Of a stretch of 64,000 nucleotides of DNA, positions 1 to 11,986 are shown in pieces. Every line of letters begins with the position of its first letter. The first letter of the stretch is position 1. The notes beneath the pieces are model-generated. The model did not search any database, had not been told where the DNA came from, and was given only the letters and a program-made list of their open reading frames with translations. The stretch lies in contig CM030336.1 in assembly GCA_017654855.1 (NCBI GenBank), forward strand, positions 930,001-994,000, given 5' to 3'. Position numbers and translations under genes: made by a program. The stretch is from Podospora anserina (taxonomy: Eukaryota).

Positions 1-534
1 AACAATTAGCGCCGCAGGGCTCACGAGAGCAGCGACCCAAACGGGCGGGTGACCCTAATTTTAGCCCCCCGAAACAGGTCCCCGGGCCTGTTTTGAATGG
101 GAAAGGTGCAATAGCACTGCAGGGTCTGAGGGTTTGAAGATGGGCCCAGGACGGATGACCGCTATTGTAGAGTTATTTTGTGAGTGTCATTATTCGGCTG
201 TGGTGATCATCCGCCGACGGGTAGCTGAGACATAAGAGATAGCCCAGGTCAGTGGTCGCCGCTGGATATGACCTCGAGGTGTTGACATTCGGCTTGAACT
301 ACATCGTTGCAGTCGACCACGGCCTTTTCTTCCTTTTGTCCTTTATTTTCTTATCAAGAATTTTTTGCCCTGGTGTGCGTTACGTTCTTATCGTGTGTGG
401 CTGCTGTTGATCACAGTGCACTGTTGCGTCATCGTCAGCAAATACCGAATCCTTTTGCATTGCACAACATTATCACCACCAACACATTTTCGTGGTTGTG
501 CCAGCACACATCGACAAACAACCTCCCTCTCAAA

Positions 535-1188
535 ATGTCCTCCTTCCACTCCCACCGCCTGTCCCTCCCGGACCGCACCCTCCGCAAACCCCAGAAACTG
601 CGGTCCTCTCCCAAGATGGACGAAATGGAAGACATCGTGTACGATTCTCCCTCGTACACCAAACCCTCCCACCACGGGCCCCCCTCCCTCACCTCGAGCA
701 CCTCGACCCTGGTCCCCTCCGACGGCGGGTCTTTGCTAGACCACTTCGACCTCCCCTCCCCTCCCTCAACCCCAGTCAAGTCAACCCATCAGTACTCCTC
801 TCTCAACAGCTTCCAGTCGCCAGCTCTCTCCCCCGACCTTTTCTCCTCCTCCCTGTCACCCCCTTCGTCACCAAGCCCAAGACGTGACCGCCACAGTGGT
901 CGTCGGAGATCTCACTCGAGGAGTTCATCATCCTCGTCAGTGTCATCGAGCTCATCAGCTATGGAACTGGATGGTGGTTATGGAGGAGCGGATGGGGGTG
1001 TAGTCCCTGTTGTGAGATCGAGCAGACGGACGCCGTATTATCCCCCGAACTCGTCGCGGTCGGTGGACAGGGCGAGGGTGTATATGAATCGGGGGCCGCA
1101 TTATGTCCCGAATTGGACGCCGATGAGCAGTTTGCCTAGGCATGTGCAGTTGCAGATTGAGGAGAGGATGGTGAAGTTTACTGCTTGA
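535..1188 (+). CDS. Hypothetical Ser/Pro-rich protein (~217 aa)
   Basis: ATG at 535 in CAAAATG context, in frame with the 307..1188 ORF. Low-complexity Ser/Pro body and an ordered-looking C-terminus (DRARVYMNRGPHYVPNWTP). Confidence 0.7.
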   Translation: MSSFHSHRLSLPDRTLRKPQKLRSSPKMDEMEDIVYDSPSYTKPSHHGPPSLTSSTSTLVPSDGGSLLDHFDLPSPPSTPVKSTHQYSSLNSFQSPALSPDLFSSSLSPPSSPSPRRDRHSGRRRSHSRSSSSSSVSSSSSAMELDGGYGGADGGVVPVVRSSRRTPYYPPNSSRSVDRARVYMNRGPHYVPNWTPMSSLPRHVQLQIEERMVKFTA

Positions 1189-2269
1189 TCTTGAGGCGGG
1201 CTGTGTGTTGGGTTTTCTTTTGTTCAAGGGGGTTTGGGTCGGTTGGCATTTGGCAGGTATGGGAATTGGTGCATTGCTTTTTGGGTTGGGTTAGGATGCA
1301 TTATGGTTAGATGGTTGGGATGGGAACAGGGCTTTGGGTGGGAAAAGGGGCGTTTTGGGTATTTGGGTGTTTGATGGGCATAGGTAATAGTCTTTTTGAC
1401 AGGGGGGTTTAACTTCGCTGTTCAATCTTGACGTTTGTATTGACTTGAATTGTTATGCTACGGTGCTTTGCCATTCTCTATTCTGCAAGTATTGTTGTGA
1501 GTTGAGATGGTACCATCCCGGTGCCGTGTTCCTGGTGTTCCCTTTAACTGACCTCTCGAATCCAACATCCAGTACTGAGACTCTTGGCAGTGGAAATACG
1601 GCAGTAGTATTTAGCCAGGCTATGTCTTAAGACATGAGAGGTTGTACTAATCAACGAAATCATGCCTCTTCACTGTCTCCGACGCTGTACCCAAGCACAC
1701 ACCTTACTAACCTAATTCCAGCCCTGTATGGGCAGTGATACTTCTCGTGTTACTCTGATAGTACCAACCCAAATTCAAACCCAGAATTCTTATTTTGACA
1801 TGATTCATTTCTATGCTCAAAATACAGCAAAACCCGGTGCTTTCTGGTGAAGGGTATATCCTCATTGGCAGTCCTTCCTGCGCCCCTGAAGCAGGGCTAG
1901 CCACCAAGTACCAAGACTGCGGGCTTTGGGCCAACAAAACCGGCCTCGGTTAGCACTTATGGAATGGGTCGGGGAATTTGGAAGCAGTTGGTGCAAGGTT
2001 TGAAAGGTGAAACGCGTCACAGAGAGCTCATGGGCTCACAAGTGTGATTTTGTGCGATGACGTGTGTTGAGGCTCAAAGAGTGCCAAGCGCCGGTATTTA
2101 GGTGACATGAAAGAACATTTCGATGGTGGATGGGATGTGGCATTGTGAGTTGATTGCAATAGGTAACTGATATTGTATTGGTTGGAGTACGGGAGTTGGA
2201 TAATAACCGCAAGGAATGGATGCGGTGTGTCTATGACAGCCTCAAGAACCAGGAAGAGGGAAACAAGAA

Positions 2270-2542
2270 TTATGGGAAAGCAAGACGGTTCGGTGTGAGA
2301 AGGGGAGCGTGAGAGTTGAAAGATGTATTCGACCGGACCTTCATGGTCACTGGCAGAGGAGATGGCATTCCCCTTGCATCCATCGTAGGCGCTGTGAACC
2401 CCCAAGGCGCCAATTGCTTCCCTCTTGTTGGTGGACGACGGGTTTCAGTCTTGCCATTTTCTTCGGGAGGCCAGACAATCTTTTGGAACTTTGGCTTTCG
2501 GTTTCGTGGTGATAGCTTTCGTAGCACTTGGCGAAGCCCCAT
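2270..2542 (-). CDS. Possible small basic hypothetical protein (90 aa, MGLRQVLRKLSPRNRKPKF...)
   Basis: ATG at 2542 in CACAATG context after a pyrimidine-rich leader. No recognisable domain. Confidence 0.35.
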   Translation of the reverse strand: MGLRQVLRKLSPRNRKPKFQKIVWPPEENGKTETRRPPTRGKQLAPWGFTAPTMDARGMPSPLPVTMKVRSNTSFNSHAPLLTPNRLAFP

Positions 2543-3540
2543 TGTGTGTGATAGAGAAAAGAAGGGTAAGCTCAAGTTGGCGATTTTTCGTGATGGCGCA
2601 GTGTAAGCCTTGCCGCGGGTGGATCTGCTGCAACATGGCGTCTGAGTGGTTATAAAGCATCTAAATATGATTTGTGGGTTAGCACACAATGGGTTGGTGT
2701 TTTGGTTGATGGGCAAGGCCAACAAAAGGACGTCCGTTTTTGGCTGCATTGTCAATTGTTTCAGGGGATCTGTACTTTGTGAGCTGCATTGTTGCATTGT
2801 TCGGTCCCAACTGTGGACACCACACCCCTTACCCGTGCGGCGGGGATTTTTGTGTACCTCGTTGGGGTCCAAGTCTTACCTGTGATCCCATTCTTAGACA
2901 CCCTCGTTGGGCGGTCCGGCAGCTGCCGAATGGGTCGATGTTTACCTCCGTGCCGCAGTAATGGTGGAGCGGGCCGGGGTTGGCATCGGCCCAGCAAGCC
3001 GGGTCCGGGCGCAAGTCACCGTCCCCCTTGACCAGAGTCTGAAACAGGTAGACGAGTGGGCTTCAAACATCAAGCGGTCTACTGAACTGACGGGCAAATG
3101 CTGGGAATGTGACCGACACAGCCCGGAGATAGCTCTTTTACCCTGTGCAAAGCCCTCTGTGCACTCCGAGCTGACTCCGCCCGGACCGGTCCACCGGGAC
3201 CGAGACCAAAACAAACCACGGTACACGTCATTGAGAGAGCCCCGTATTTGACCGTTCAGTCATAGTCTGGCACCTTGGTCCGGATCACGGTCGACCTGTA
3301 GTACACCCATACTTTCGACACAAATATAAGTGTCTGTACGTACCCACCATCCGAATACTCGACGATCACTCCCTTCGCAATCTGTTTTTGACTCCATTCG
3401 GACCCTCAACGCCGTCGGTAGACCTGACGGACTCGCCTTGAACCAGCCATAACCCAGCCAAGACAGCTGCAGATCTCCAGATCTTCATTATCCCTGCCAG
3501 AGCCAAGACTGTAATTCAACAACACCAATCCAGCAATATT

Positions 3541-4323
3541 ATGAACCGCTCACGATATGTACCGCAGCAGTCTGCATATACCGCTGCTCAGTTCCAGCCG
3601 TTTGGTCCCGGACCTGTACCAACCCCAGCCCAGATGCCAGGCATGATCCCGATGGGATACCCACAGCAACAGATGTTCGGTGGCAGCCCGAACCCAAATG
3701 CCATGGGCGCTTCGCCAATACTCCAGCAACAGCAAGCCATGTCTCCAAACGCTCTGTGGGCAGCCAACTTTGCCAATGGGCCGATTATTGAGGATCTTTG
3801 TGCGCCTCCACAGATGGGACTGCCAACCTCGCCACCCATGAACGCCCTTCCACCTCGGGGCATGCCAATGGGCGCAGCAATTCACCCGTCATCCATGCCG
3901 CAGGTACAGAATGTGTTTGGCCTCCGTCAACCAGGAACACCACATCCAGGACACGGTTTTGCGCCGATGATGCCGGGAGTGCCAGCTCGCATGGTTGGAT
4001 CGTACCCTCCAGGTTATGCTGCCCAGCCACAAGGAATTGCATGGTCGCATCCCCACCAGCTTCAGTTCCAACAGCAGCTTCAGCAGCAGGCAGCTCAGCA
4101 ACATGCTCAGCAGCAGCAACAACAACAGCAGCAGCAGCAGCAAGGTCAGTTTCTGGATCCAACGATGATGCTTGGGAGGCCAAGAATGGAGCCTGGGTTT
4201 GCTACGGGAGGGAATGGTACCGAGCAGATGGGGTCGCCGTCGATGGGGAATTCGCCAGGTGCGCAGCCGTTGACGCCGGTGGAGAGTACGTTACAGGGTT
4301 TCATGTCGCCTGATTCGATCTAG
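3541..4323 (+). CDS. Gln/Pro/Met/Gly-rich low-complexity protein with polyQ tract (260 aa)
   Basis: Single ORF with ATG. CAG/CAA-rich tract at ~4070-4143. TATA-like ATATAA at ~3324. Confidence 0.75.
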   Translation: MNRSRYVPQQSAYTAAQFQPFGPGPVPTPAQMPGMIPMGYPQQQMFGGSPNPNAMGASPILQQQQAMSPNALWAANFANGPIIEDLCAPPQMGLPTSPPMNALPPRGMPMGAAIHPSSMPQVQNVFGLRQPGTPHPGHGFAPMMPGVPARMVGSYPPGYAAQPQGIAWSHPHQLQFQQQLQQQAAQQHAQQQQQQQQQQQQGQFLDPTMMLGRPRMEPGFATGGNGTEQMGSPSMGNSPGAQPLTPVESTLQGFMSPDSI

Positions 4324-4822
4324 ATTATTGTGTCTAGGTGCTGGTCGGATTGTTGGCGACGACGGCTGGGCGTGAGAACGACGACAATGACGATTTCATG
4401 ATCAAACATCGCATCAGAAGGAGCGTAGCATCGGTTCGGAAGGGAGGAGGGTATGGTTTGGAATTTCGTACTTGTCTGGGAATGGTTTCATTAGCGTTCT
4501 TGTCATCAGCGGGCGTATAGGAGTTGGGAATGGGTATAAGGCCTGGGAACTCCTAGAATATATTGTCTTATTAATTCCAACAAAAACTGTTAAATGAGGT
4601 TGTTCCGATCATGATGTGCCGTGCAGCCTGCAGGTATGGGATCCGATGCCACCAATAGGTGCCAGAGCGAGCGACCAGTCACAACGCTTGCTACGATGAT
4701 GAACCCCGCCCACAGAGGCCGCCATCCCTCACACGCTCTCCCACTTCTGTGGCGGCCCGACGAAGTTACTGACAGTCGTCTACCTAGCCACCAGAGCAGA
4801 TGGCAACACAATTGCAGTCGTC

Positions 4823-7800
4823 ATGTATCTTGTCAACGTAGCAACAAAAAAGCTCGAGACTTTTTCGGCAGACGACATTCCGCCCTACGCCATATTGTCT
4901 CATACTTGGGGCAACGACGACGAAGAACTTTCTTTTCGCGATATCATTGACGGACTCCTCAAGCCTGGAACACTGGGCGTCTTCAAACTCGATGGCTGCT
5001 GTAAACAGGCCCAGCTCCACGGGCTTGGTTACGTTTGGATCGATACCTGTTGCATCAACAAGTCCGACCATGTTGAGCTGAGCGAGGCAATCAACTCGAT
5101 GTTCAAGTGGTATCGCGATGCTGTGATTTGCTACGTATACCTTGCCGATACTACACCAAACACTCGCCTCTCGAACAGCCGTTGGTTTCGGCGAGGATGG
5201 ACGCTTCAAGAGCTCCTGGCACCTCAGGAGCTGAGTCTGTATGGTTCGGATTGGACCTTTCTCGGATCCCGAGAAGACCTTGCAGTGTCGATTGAGCACG
5301 CCACTGGGATACCCGAAGGCTTCCTTTATGGAGATGGTGATTTTTACCGGGCAAGCGTCGCTCAGCGATTCTCCTGGGCATCAAAGCGAACCACCAAGCG
5401 CAAAGAGGACATGGCTTACTGTCTCCTTGGACTGTTTGACGTTTCGCTGCCGATTATCTACGGTGATGATCATGCTTTCGCTCGGCTTCAACGCGAAATC
5501 ATGCTTAAGCTGCGCGACGATTCCATATTTGCCTGGTGAGAACAGCAAACAGGTGCAAAGCTCGTGTTTGACCTGAGCTAACCTATCAGTAGGGGTCTAA
5601 GCTACGAACATCCTACCAAGGAACAGTCACAGGACACAATTAGGGCATCTGCTGGGGCTCTCGCCGAGTCTCCGAAGGACTATGAGTACTGTGGGGCTAT
5701 TGTCTCTCATGGCTCCCACAGCTCTCCGTCAAACAAGTTCGTCATCGAAAGCGGATTCCTCTGTATTACAACAACCACCTACACAGCTCAAGAGGGCGGT
5801 ACCTACGGGCTTTTGAATTGTGGAACAAAAGATCACACAAGCGAGCATGTCGTTGGCATCCCTCTTCAGCACAGCACCTCTGGAGACTATTACTTTCGAC
5901 CCCACAGCTACAGCGCCAGGATATTCCCTAAGCAAACGATGGATTCCAGAAGCGTTAGCCAATCGATTCACATTCAAATGTTTCGGGATCAAGAGATATC
6001 GAGGTTGTCGAAACCGAGCTGGTCGATCCGACTCAGGACATCAGGTTGTTTACTCAAGGTCCTTGAGGTATATCCTCCAGGGCGTTTACACGACAAACTG
6101 ATCCACGTAGACCCCGACTTTGATTCCGCCGATGCTGTAGACCGGACCTGGGTACGGTTACAACGACACGGTAACGAGAGTCACCTGCTACCCGACTTCA
6201 TTCTAATATTGACCATCACACGACACCCTGAAGACGTACAAGGCAGACTGACTTGCGCCCTTGCAATTTGTTCATGTTTCACCACCTTGAAAGAGATCGC
6301 AGACAATGCGCAATTGTTATGGAAGAGCATCTTCATCCGAAAGCAAGCCAGCAACGTATCTCAGCACATCGGTGCCGCTTTGTGGCGAAGCTCCGATTCG
6401 CTAAGTGGCCACCCAAGGATTTCTGTTGTGATGTCGGAGATTGTCTCACCCCCTGATACCACAATCGATTTGACTCAGCAGCTGTCGAGGGTCAGATTGC
6501 CAGACAGGTTTCTTAGCGCCTTGGAGCACGAAGACTGCCTCAATCAGCGCTTGGCTCGGAAAGGTAACGAGCTTGAAGCCAGAGAAAAGCAGCTAAACAA
6601 AACACGCGACATGCTGACCGAGCTCAATAAGCAAATTGAGAAGCTGGAAGCGTCAAAGAAGTCATTGAATGCCGAGGACCACATCTCTGCAATGGAGGTG
6701 GAGAGGTTAAAGAACGAAAAGAGCAAACTGGAATCGAAGAGATTCAAGGTGAGCTTGAATCGAACATACCTTGAAGGATGTCTGGATGAACACCACGACG
6801 GGCGCAATGAATGGCTTCGGAAAATCAGGCTACCCATTGAAAAAGGGGATGTAACAGCCGGCGATGACTCGTTTCTTGACCATCGGCTTGAGAATCTGGT
6901 CAGGCTTCTGATTTCCGTGGAACGTTCCGCTCCGTTACCTTCAACAAAATACAACCCACCCCAGGATATGACACCACTGGCTTATGCCATCCAAGAAGGC
7001 TGCTACGAGCTTCTGCAGCGGCTTCTTGACCAGGGCGCTGATGTGAATGAGATATATTCGAACGGCAGGACTGCCCTCTTGGCCGCAGTAATCTGGGATA
7101 AAGACATGGTGGTCCAGGAACTGCTTGAGCATGGAGCAATAGTTTGGCCGGCACTGCTATGGTCGGTTCAAAACTGCGACAGAGCTGACACACTCTCACC
7201 ACTCCTCAAGCTAGAAGAGACGGCTCTTGAAGTGGATGCCGGGAGGTTTCGTATGCTACTGCTGCTGGCTGCGGAGCAGGGATCGAAAGAAATTATTCTA
7301 GAGCTTTTGTCGTGGGGCGAGGGCAGGCACACTTTCGATCTCAGCATTAAGTCGAATCAAGACGTTGTCTGGGCTGCTGCAGTCAAAAATCACGACTCGA
7401 CAGTACGGACTCTCATCAAGCATGATTGCAGTCCGAATCCGTTGAGCTGCCAGCGCTTACTCCTTCGATCGGTCTTAGAGAATTGTGCCAGCCTTCCCCC
7501 GGTCTTATGGGAGAAGAAGAAGGCGGACATACACGCCAAGTACATGGGCGGCCGCAATCTTCTATGGTTGGCAGCAGACCGGGGGTACGATTCTGTGATT
7601 GGGTCCTTGGCGCTGATCCAAACAGTGATTGACCCTGGCAGTATGGGGAGGCAAATGACCATCGCAGACGATTTTGGCCAGAACGCGCTTTCCCGAGCTG
7701 CCGAGAATGGACATGTTAACGCTGCTGTCAGATTGCTGCTCTGGGAAGATCCGACTGTCAGAGATCATGACGGCCACACAGCACTTTGGTACGCCGTAAT

Positions 7801-8290
7801 CAACGGACATGCAGATGTATTGCAGGCCCTGATGAAACACAAGTCCATCAGGGAGGATCTTTGGGAAATGGGAAAACTGTTGTGGTGGGCAGTCGAGACG
7901 GACCAAGAGCAAATGGTGGACGTTATCTTGGCCAATGACGGAGCTCTGGCCTTTCAGCATCGCTACCACGACCCTCATGCGCTTCTCTGGAGTGCGCTTG
8001 GAGAAGGTACTACCAGGATTGTGGGAAAACTCTTTGCATATCGAGAGTTTCAGGTTCACAGTGTCGAAATGCTCCAATATGCGGAGAAACACCGATATGA
8101 TGACCTGGTCAAGCTCTTGTCCAACCCACTGACATTGGCGCTCCAAGGTCGAATGGTTGTGGTTGATCGGGTGAAGCCTGAGACGGGAGACAAAAAACAA
8201 GTGAGGTTTGGGCACCACGATGGAATTGCCAAGTTTGGAGGAAGTATGGTACCGGTTGAAACGTTGAGAGAAGTAGAGGATGAGAGCTAG
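4823..8290 (+). CDS. HET-domain protein with DUF8212-like segment, coiled coil and C-terminal ankyrin repeats; intron 5536-5592
   Basis: HET motifs YAILSHTWG, WIDTCCINK, ELSEAINSMFKWY and SRWFRRGWTLQELLAP. Intron GTGAGA..GCTAAC..TAG joins SIFAW|GL in frame to the 5813..8290 ORF. Heptad region ~6540-6740. Ankyrin motifs TPLAYA, GRTALLAA, GQNALSRAA and GHTALWYA. Confidence 0.9.
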
Positions 8291-8483
8291 AGCCCCCTTC
8301 ACCGGAACTTTGGGCTCTCGGATATGCTGTCAAGGTATTAGGAGCCTGGTTCTGTCATTACGCCACAAGAATGTATTCATCTGAATGACATCTCGCACAA
8401 CAGCACTCACAGACTTGACCATGATGGTATTTTTCAGCTACCTACAATAGCCATGAGCTCAGCTAGCTCTACCCTCCCCCATC

Positions 8484-10548
8484 TCAAACACGACACAACC
8501 TCCCATTCTGCCCAGCAGGGTACCCATCCGCCGTCGCAACCCTCCACTCCTCACTTCCCACCGTCGTCTGCGCCCAAAACAACCCCCACGGATCCCTCCT
8601 CCCCTTGATCTTCAATAGTTTCTTATAATTCACTCCGAAAAAGCTACCCTGCCAATTCTTCTCCGCCGGATCCCCCTCATTCATATACGACCCCGCCCCG
8701 GACGTCAACTGCTTGAACACATCGGTGTATTTATATGTGTGCTCATCATTCGCCTTTGCCTGAGCAGCTGTCCACCTAGCAGGGATAACCTCCATGAGCG
8801 CAGCAGAGAGAACAGTCTCCCTCCAGGCGGGGTGGACAGCACTGTTCTCACACCCGGGATACCCAGCCTTTTTGCATGTTGGGGCGTAACCCCAGCCGTG
8901 GAAGACGAGACCGCCTTCTTCAACGCCCGAGCGGATGGCGGCGAAGGTCTTGTTCCACAGGGCGGGGTCGACGAGGTTCTTGCGAGGAAAGAGGCGGGAG
9001 CGGTAGCGGGTGTTGGCTGGGTTGGAGGAGCCCGTTCTTTGGCCGTTGCCGGCGTAGAGGGTTGGGGGGATTTGGCCTGATGAGGGGAGGGAGACGGGGA
9101 TGGAGAGGGCGTTGAGCTGAGTGTATAGGGGTTGAAGGGCGGCAATGGCTTCGGAGGCGGGGATGTTGGGGATGATTTGGTTGGAGGTAAAGGCGAAGCT
9201 ATTGTTACCGAGGGGGAAAATGTAGCTGAAGCAGTAGCCGCCGAGCTCTTGGACTTTGAGGCAGTAGTGGTAGGAGATCTTGACGCCTTCCCAGAACTGG
9301 TCTGGTTTATTATTCATGAAGTTAGTGTTGGGGGGAGGTTGGCCTGTAGCGACTCTGATGGGGAGGGGGTAGGTGCCGTCGGTGGAGTTGCTTGGGAAGC
9401 CGATGTTGCCGAAGTTGAGGGGAACGGTGACGGTGTTGATGGGAGGGTAGGCTTTGACCACGACGGAGGTGATGACGCCCCAGGTGCCTGTTCAGTGTGT
9501 CAGCATACATAGGATCTCCCAAGAAGCCATTTCACGAAGACTTACTGCCACCACCACCCCTCAACGCAAACCACAAATCCTCATGGTTGAACGGATCGAC
9601 CGTCAGAAACTGTCCGTCGGCAGTAACAACATTGATTGACAAGACCTGGTCCGCCCCAAGCCCATACTTGGATGTCAACGTCCCATGCCCAGCAACAGAC
9701 ACCCAACCCCCCACAGCACCAACCGTCCCCCAGCCCGGTCCAACAAGCGAGATATTACTCTTGAACATGTGGTTAAACAACTCAAAAGACTCGATCCCAG
9801 CCCCGACGTGCGCCGCAGGACCGGTGTACTTGCCCATCGTGAAGCTGGGCAGATATTCGAAGGTCTTGAGGTTATGTACCCAAATACTCAACGACCCAGC
9901 ACCCATCGACCGTCCACCAAAGTCATGGCCGGTATTTCTACGCTCTTTGGTCAGCGATATACTACCCCATCCTCATCATCACCGCAAGACCACTTACTTG
10001 ATCACCACCCTCAAGTTCTTATTCCTCGCAAAGTTCACCGCAGCCTGCACATCCCTCACGCTCGTCACATTAACCACATACTCTGGCCACCCACCCCTCT
10101 CACACTCCCCCGTGGCGTTAGCACTCAACACGCACGTGCTCCCCTGAGGCCACTCCGTCAGCGTCGTCAACGGCTCATCAAGCCAGAAGTGTGTCTGTCC
10201 TGCTTGGGTGGCGAGCCACTGGCAACGTGTCTGGTTTTGCAGCGGGCCAGGGTAGCACGCCGCCTGTGCTGGCTCGGGTCGAAGCAGTGAGCCGTTGAGG
10301 AAGTTGCCGAACTTGGACCATTCCGTGGCCGAAGGCCAGTCAGATGTCCCGGGAAAGGCGCGGCATTTGGGCTTGGAACGGACAGGTTTGGATGCGTCGC
10401 CGAAGGAGAGGGAGGGAAAAGAGCGGATGGAGGAGGGGGTCAGGACGGTTTTTTCGTAAGGGAAGAGGACTTTGGTTTGTTTAGCGGGTTTGGGACTGCC
10501 GGCCGCGGCGAGACCGAGGAGGGAGAAGAGGAGGGCAGCGTGCATCAT
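8484..10548 (-). CDS. Secreted FAD-linked oxidoreductase (FAD_binding_4 + berberine-bridge-enzyme domain); two introns
   Basis: Signal peptide MMHAALLFSLLGLAAA. AVNFARNKNLRVVIK|NTGHDFGGRSMGAG covalent-His motif, YGLGADQVL, DLWFALRGGGG, and C-terminal YMNEGD..NYKKLLKIK..DPWGLFW. Introns near 9940-9997 and 9493-9545. Confidence 0.9.
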
Positions 10549-11986
10549 TGGGACGTTTACCACGCGAGAACTTGAGTGCTATGCCGCTGTCTATGGCTGT
10601 GGGATGGTGGGCGGTGGGAGGGCATTTGTACGAACTTTTGTTATGAGAGCTAGGTACCAAGTTACGTGCAGCCAACAAACTCCAGCTGACTGCATATGTT
10701 GGTAGAGACAGGCATGCATTGGCGCTGAGGAATATTTGATCGGGGGATGGGATGTGTTGAGCTTGTCTCGGAAGACTTCCCTCGTGGCAGAAACCTCTTC
10801 AGGAAGGGGGTTGCATTCTTTTGTTGTGATGAACTACAGGACATAGCACCCTTGTCCGTCACCGGATTTGGCCCTGTGCGGTTGTTGTTTTAGCCCTGGA
10901 GGTGAGAGGTTGGGGGCTAGGATCACAATCCAGAATGGTCCCAGAAGGGAAACCCAGGCTGTGATCCAGCTCCGGTGCCCTGTCCGGGGAAGCTCTGGAA
11001 AGTCTCCCATCCTTTTGCACATACAGCAAGGGTACAATTCGCAAGAATAATTTGTCTCTTTCCCTCTTCCAACCACGTTCCTTTTGCCCTGGTCCTGGCT
11101 CGCCACGTCTGCATATGCACCTCATTCGACGGTTGGATGGCCACCTCTTGCAGCTTTCGTCACCCTTAATCAGCAAGGGCTGGATGGAGGTGTGAGTTGA
11201 GGCTGGAGCTCATTCCCGGGCTTTGTGCTTGCAGGGAGACGATCCCTTCTCCAAATTGTACTGCATCCCGTGACAGGGAAGCCATTTATTGTTCTATAAA
11301 TTGATTCAATGTCGTTGGGTGGGTGGGAGAGGGGTTGTCAAGGTGTGACAACGCTACCTAAGACGTCGTTGCTAATTTATGCAGCAATAAATCCTACCAG
11401 AAGAACTAATCTGGAAAGCTTGTTGTTGGACGTAGGTTCGCTGTAGTCATAGCCCAGAACCGCGGGACGGCACGGAGATGGTGGGGAGCACGTCCGTTGG
11501 TCGGCCGACGTTAGAGTTCTATTGGTGTGCGCTGCGGGAAGGGTCGGTGTCGCTTAACGGGCCATAGTGGGTGAACTTGTAAATCCCTCTCCGCCATATA
11601 CCGTCACTAGACAGGAATCATCTTAGCACGAGACGATAAGGGCTTGTTCCGCCTTGGTGGTCTAGCCAGGCAAGATGGCCCACCCCGCCCTCACGACAAA
11701 AAGCAAAGCGCCAAAAACATAGCATGTCATCTTGGCCCCAATGGCTTACCTTGGAGCTCCTCCTATCCCCGAATTCTGCCCAACTGATTAGCTAAAGAAT
11801 AGGACCAAGTCCCGGTTCAGCAGCACTAAAAACAGTCAGGGTATAAAGTTTCCACTACACCTACCCAAATGAGGTCAGTCGGGTCTGGTGGGGGGGGGGG
11901 CGGGGGGGTTGTTGAGATGTCCGGCCAGAATAAAGAGGAGTGGCAGAGGCCCAGAAGGAGAAACATGATCGGCTCAATCAGCAAAC

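Noticed and set aside
5537-5539. Apparent premature stop splitting the HET and ankyrin ORFs
   Set aside because: The TGA lies inside a canonical intron (5536-5592). Splicing restores one reading frame.
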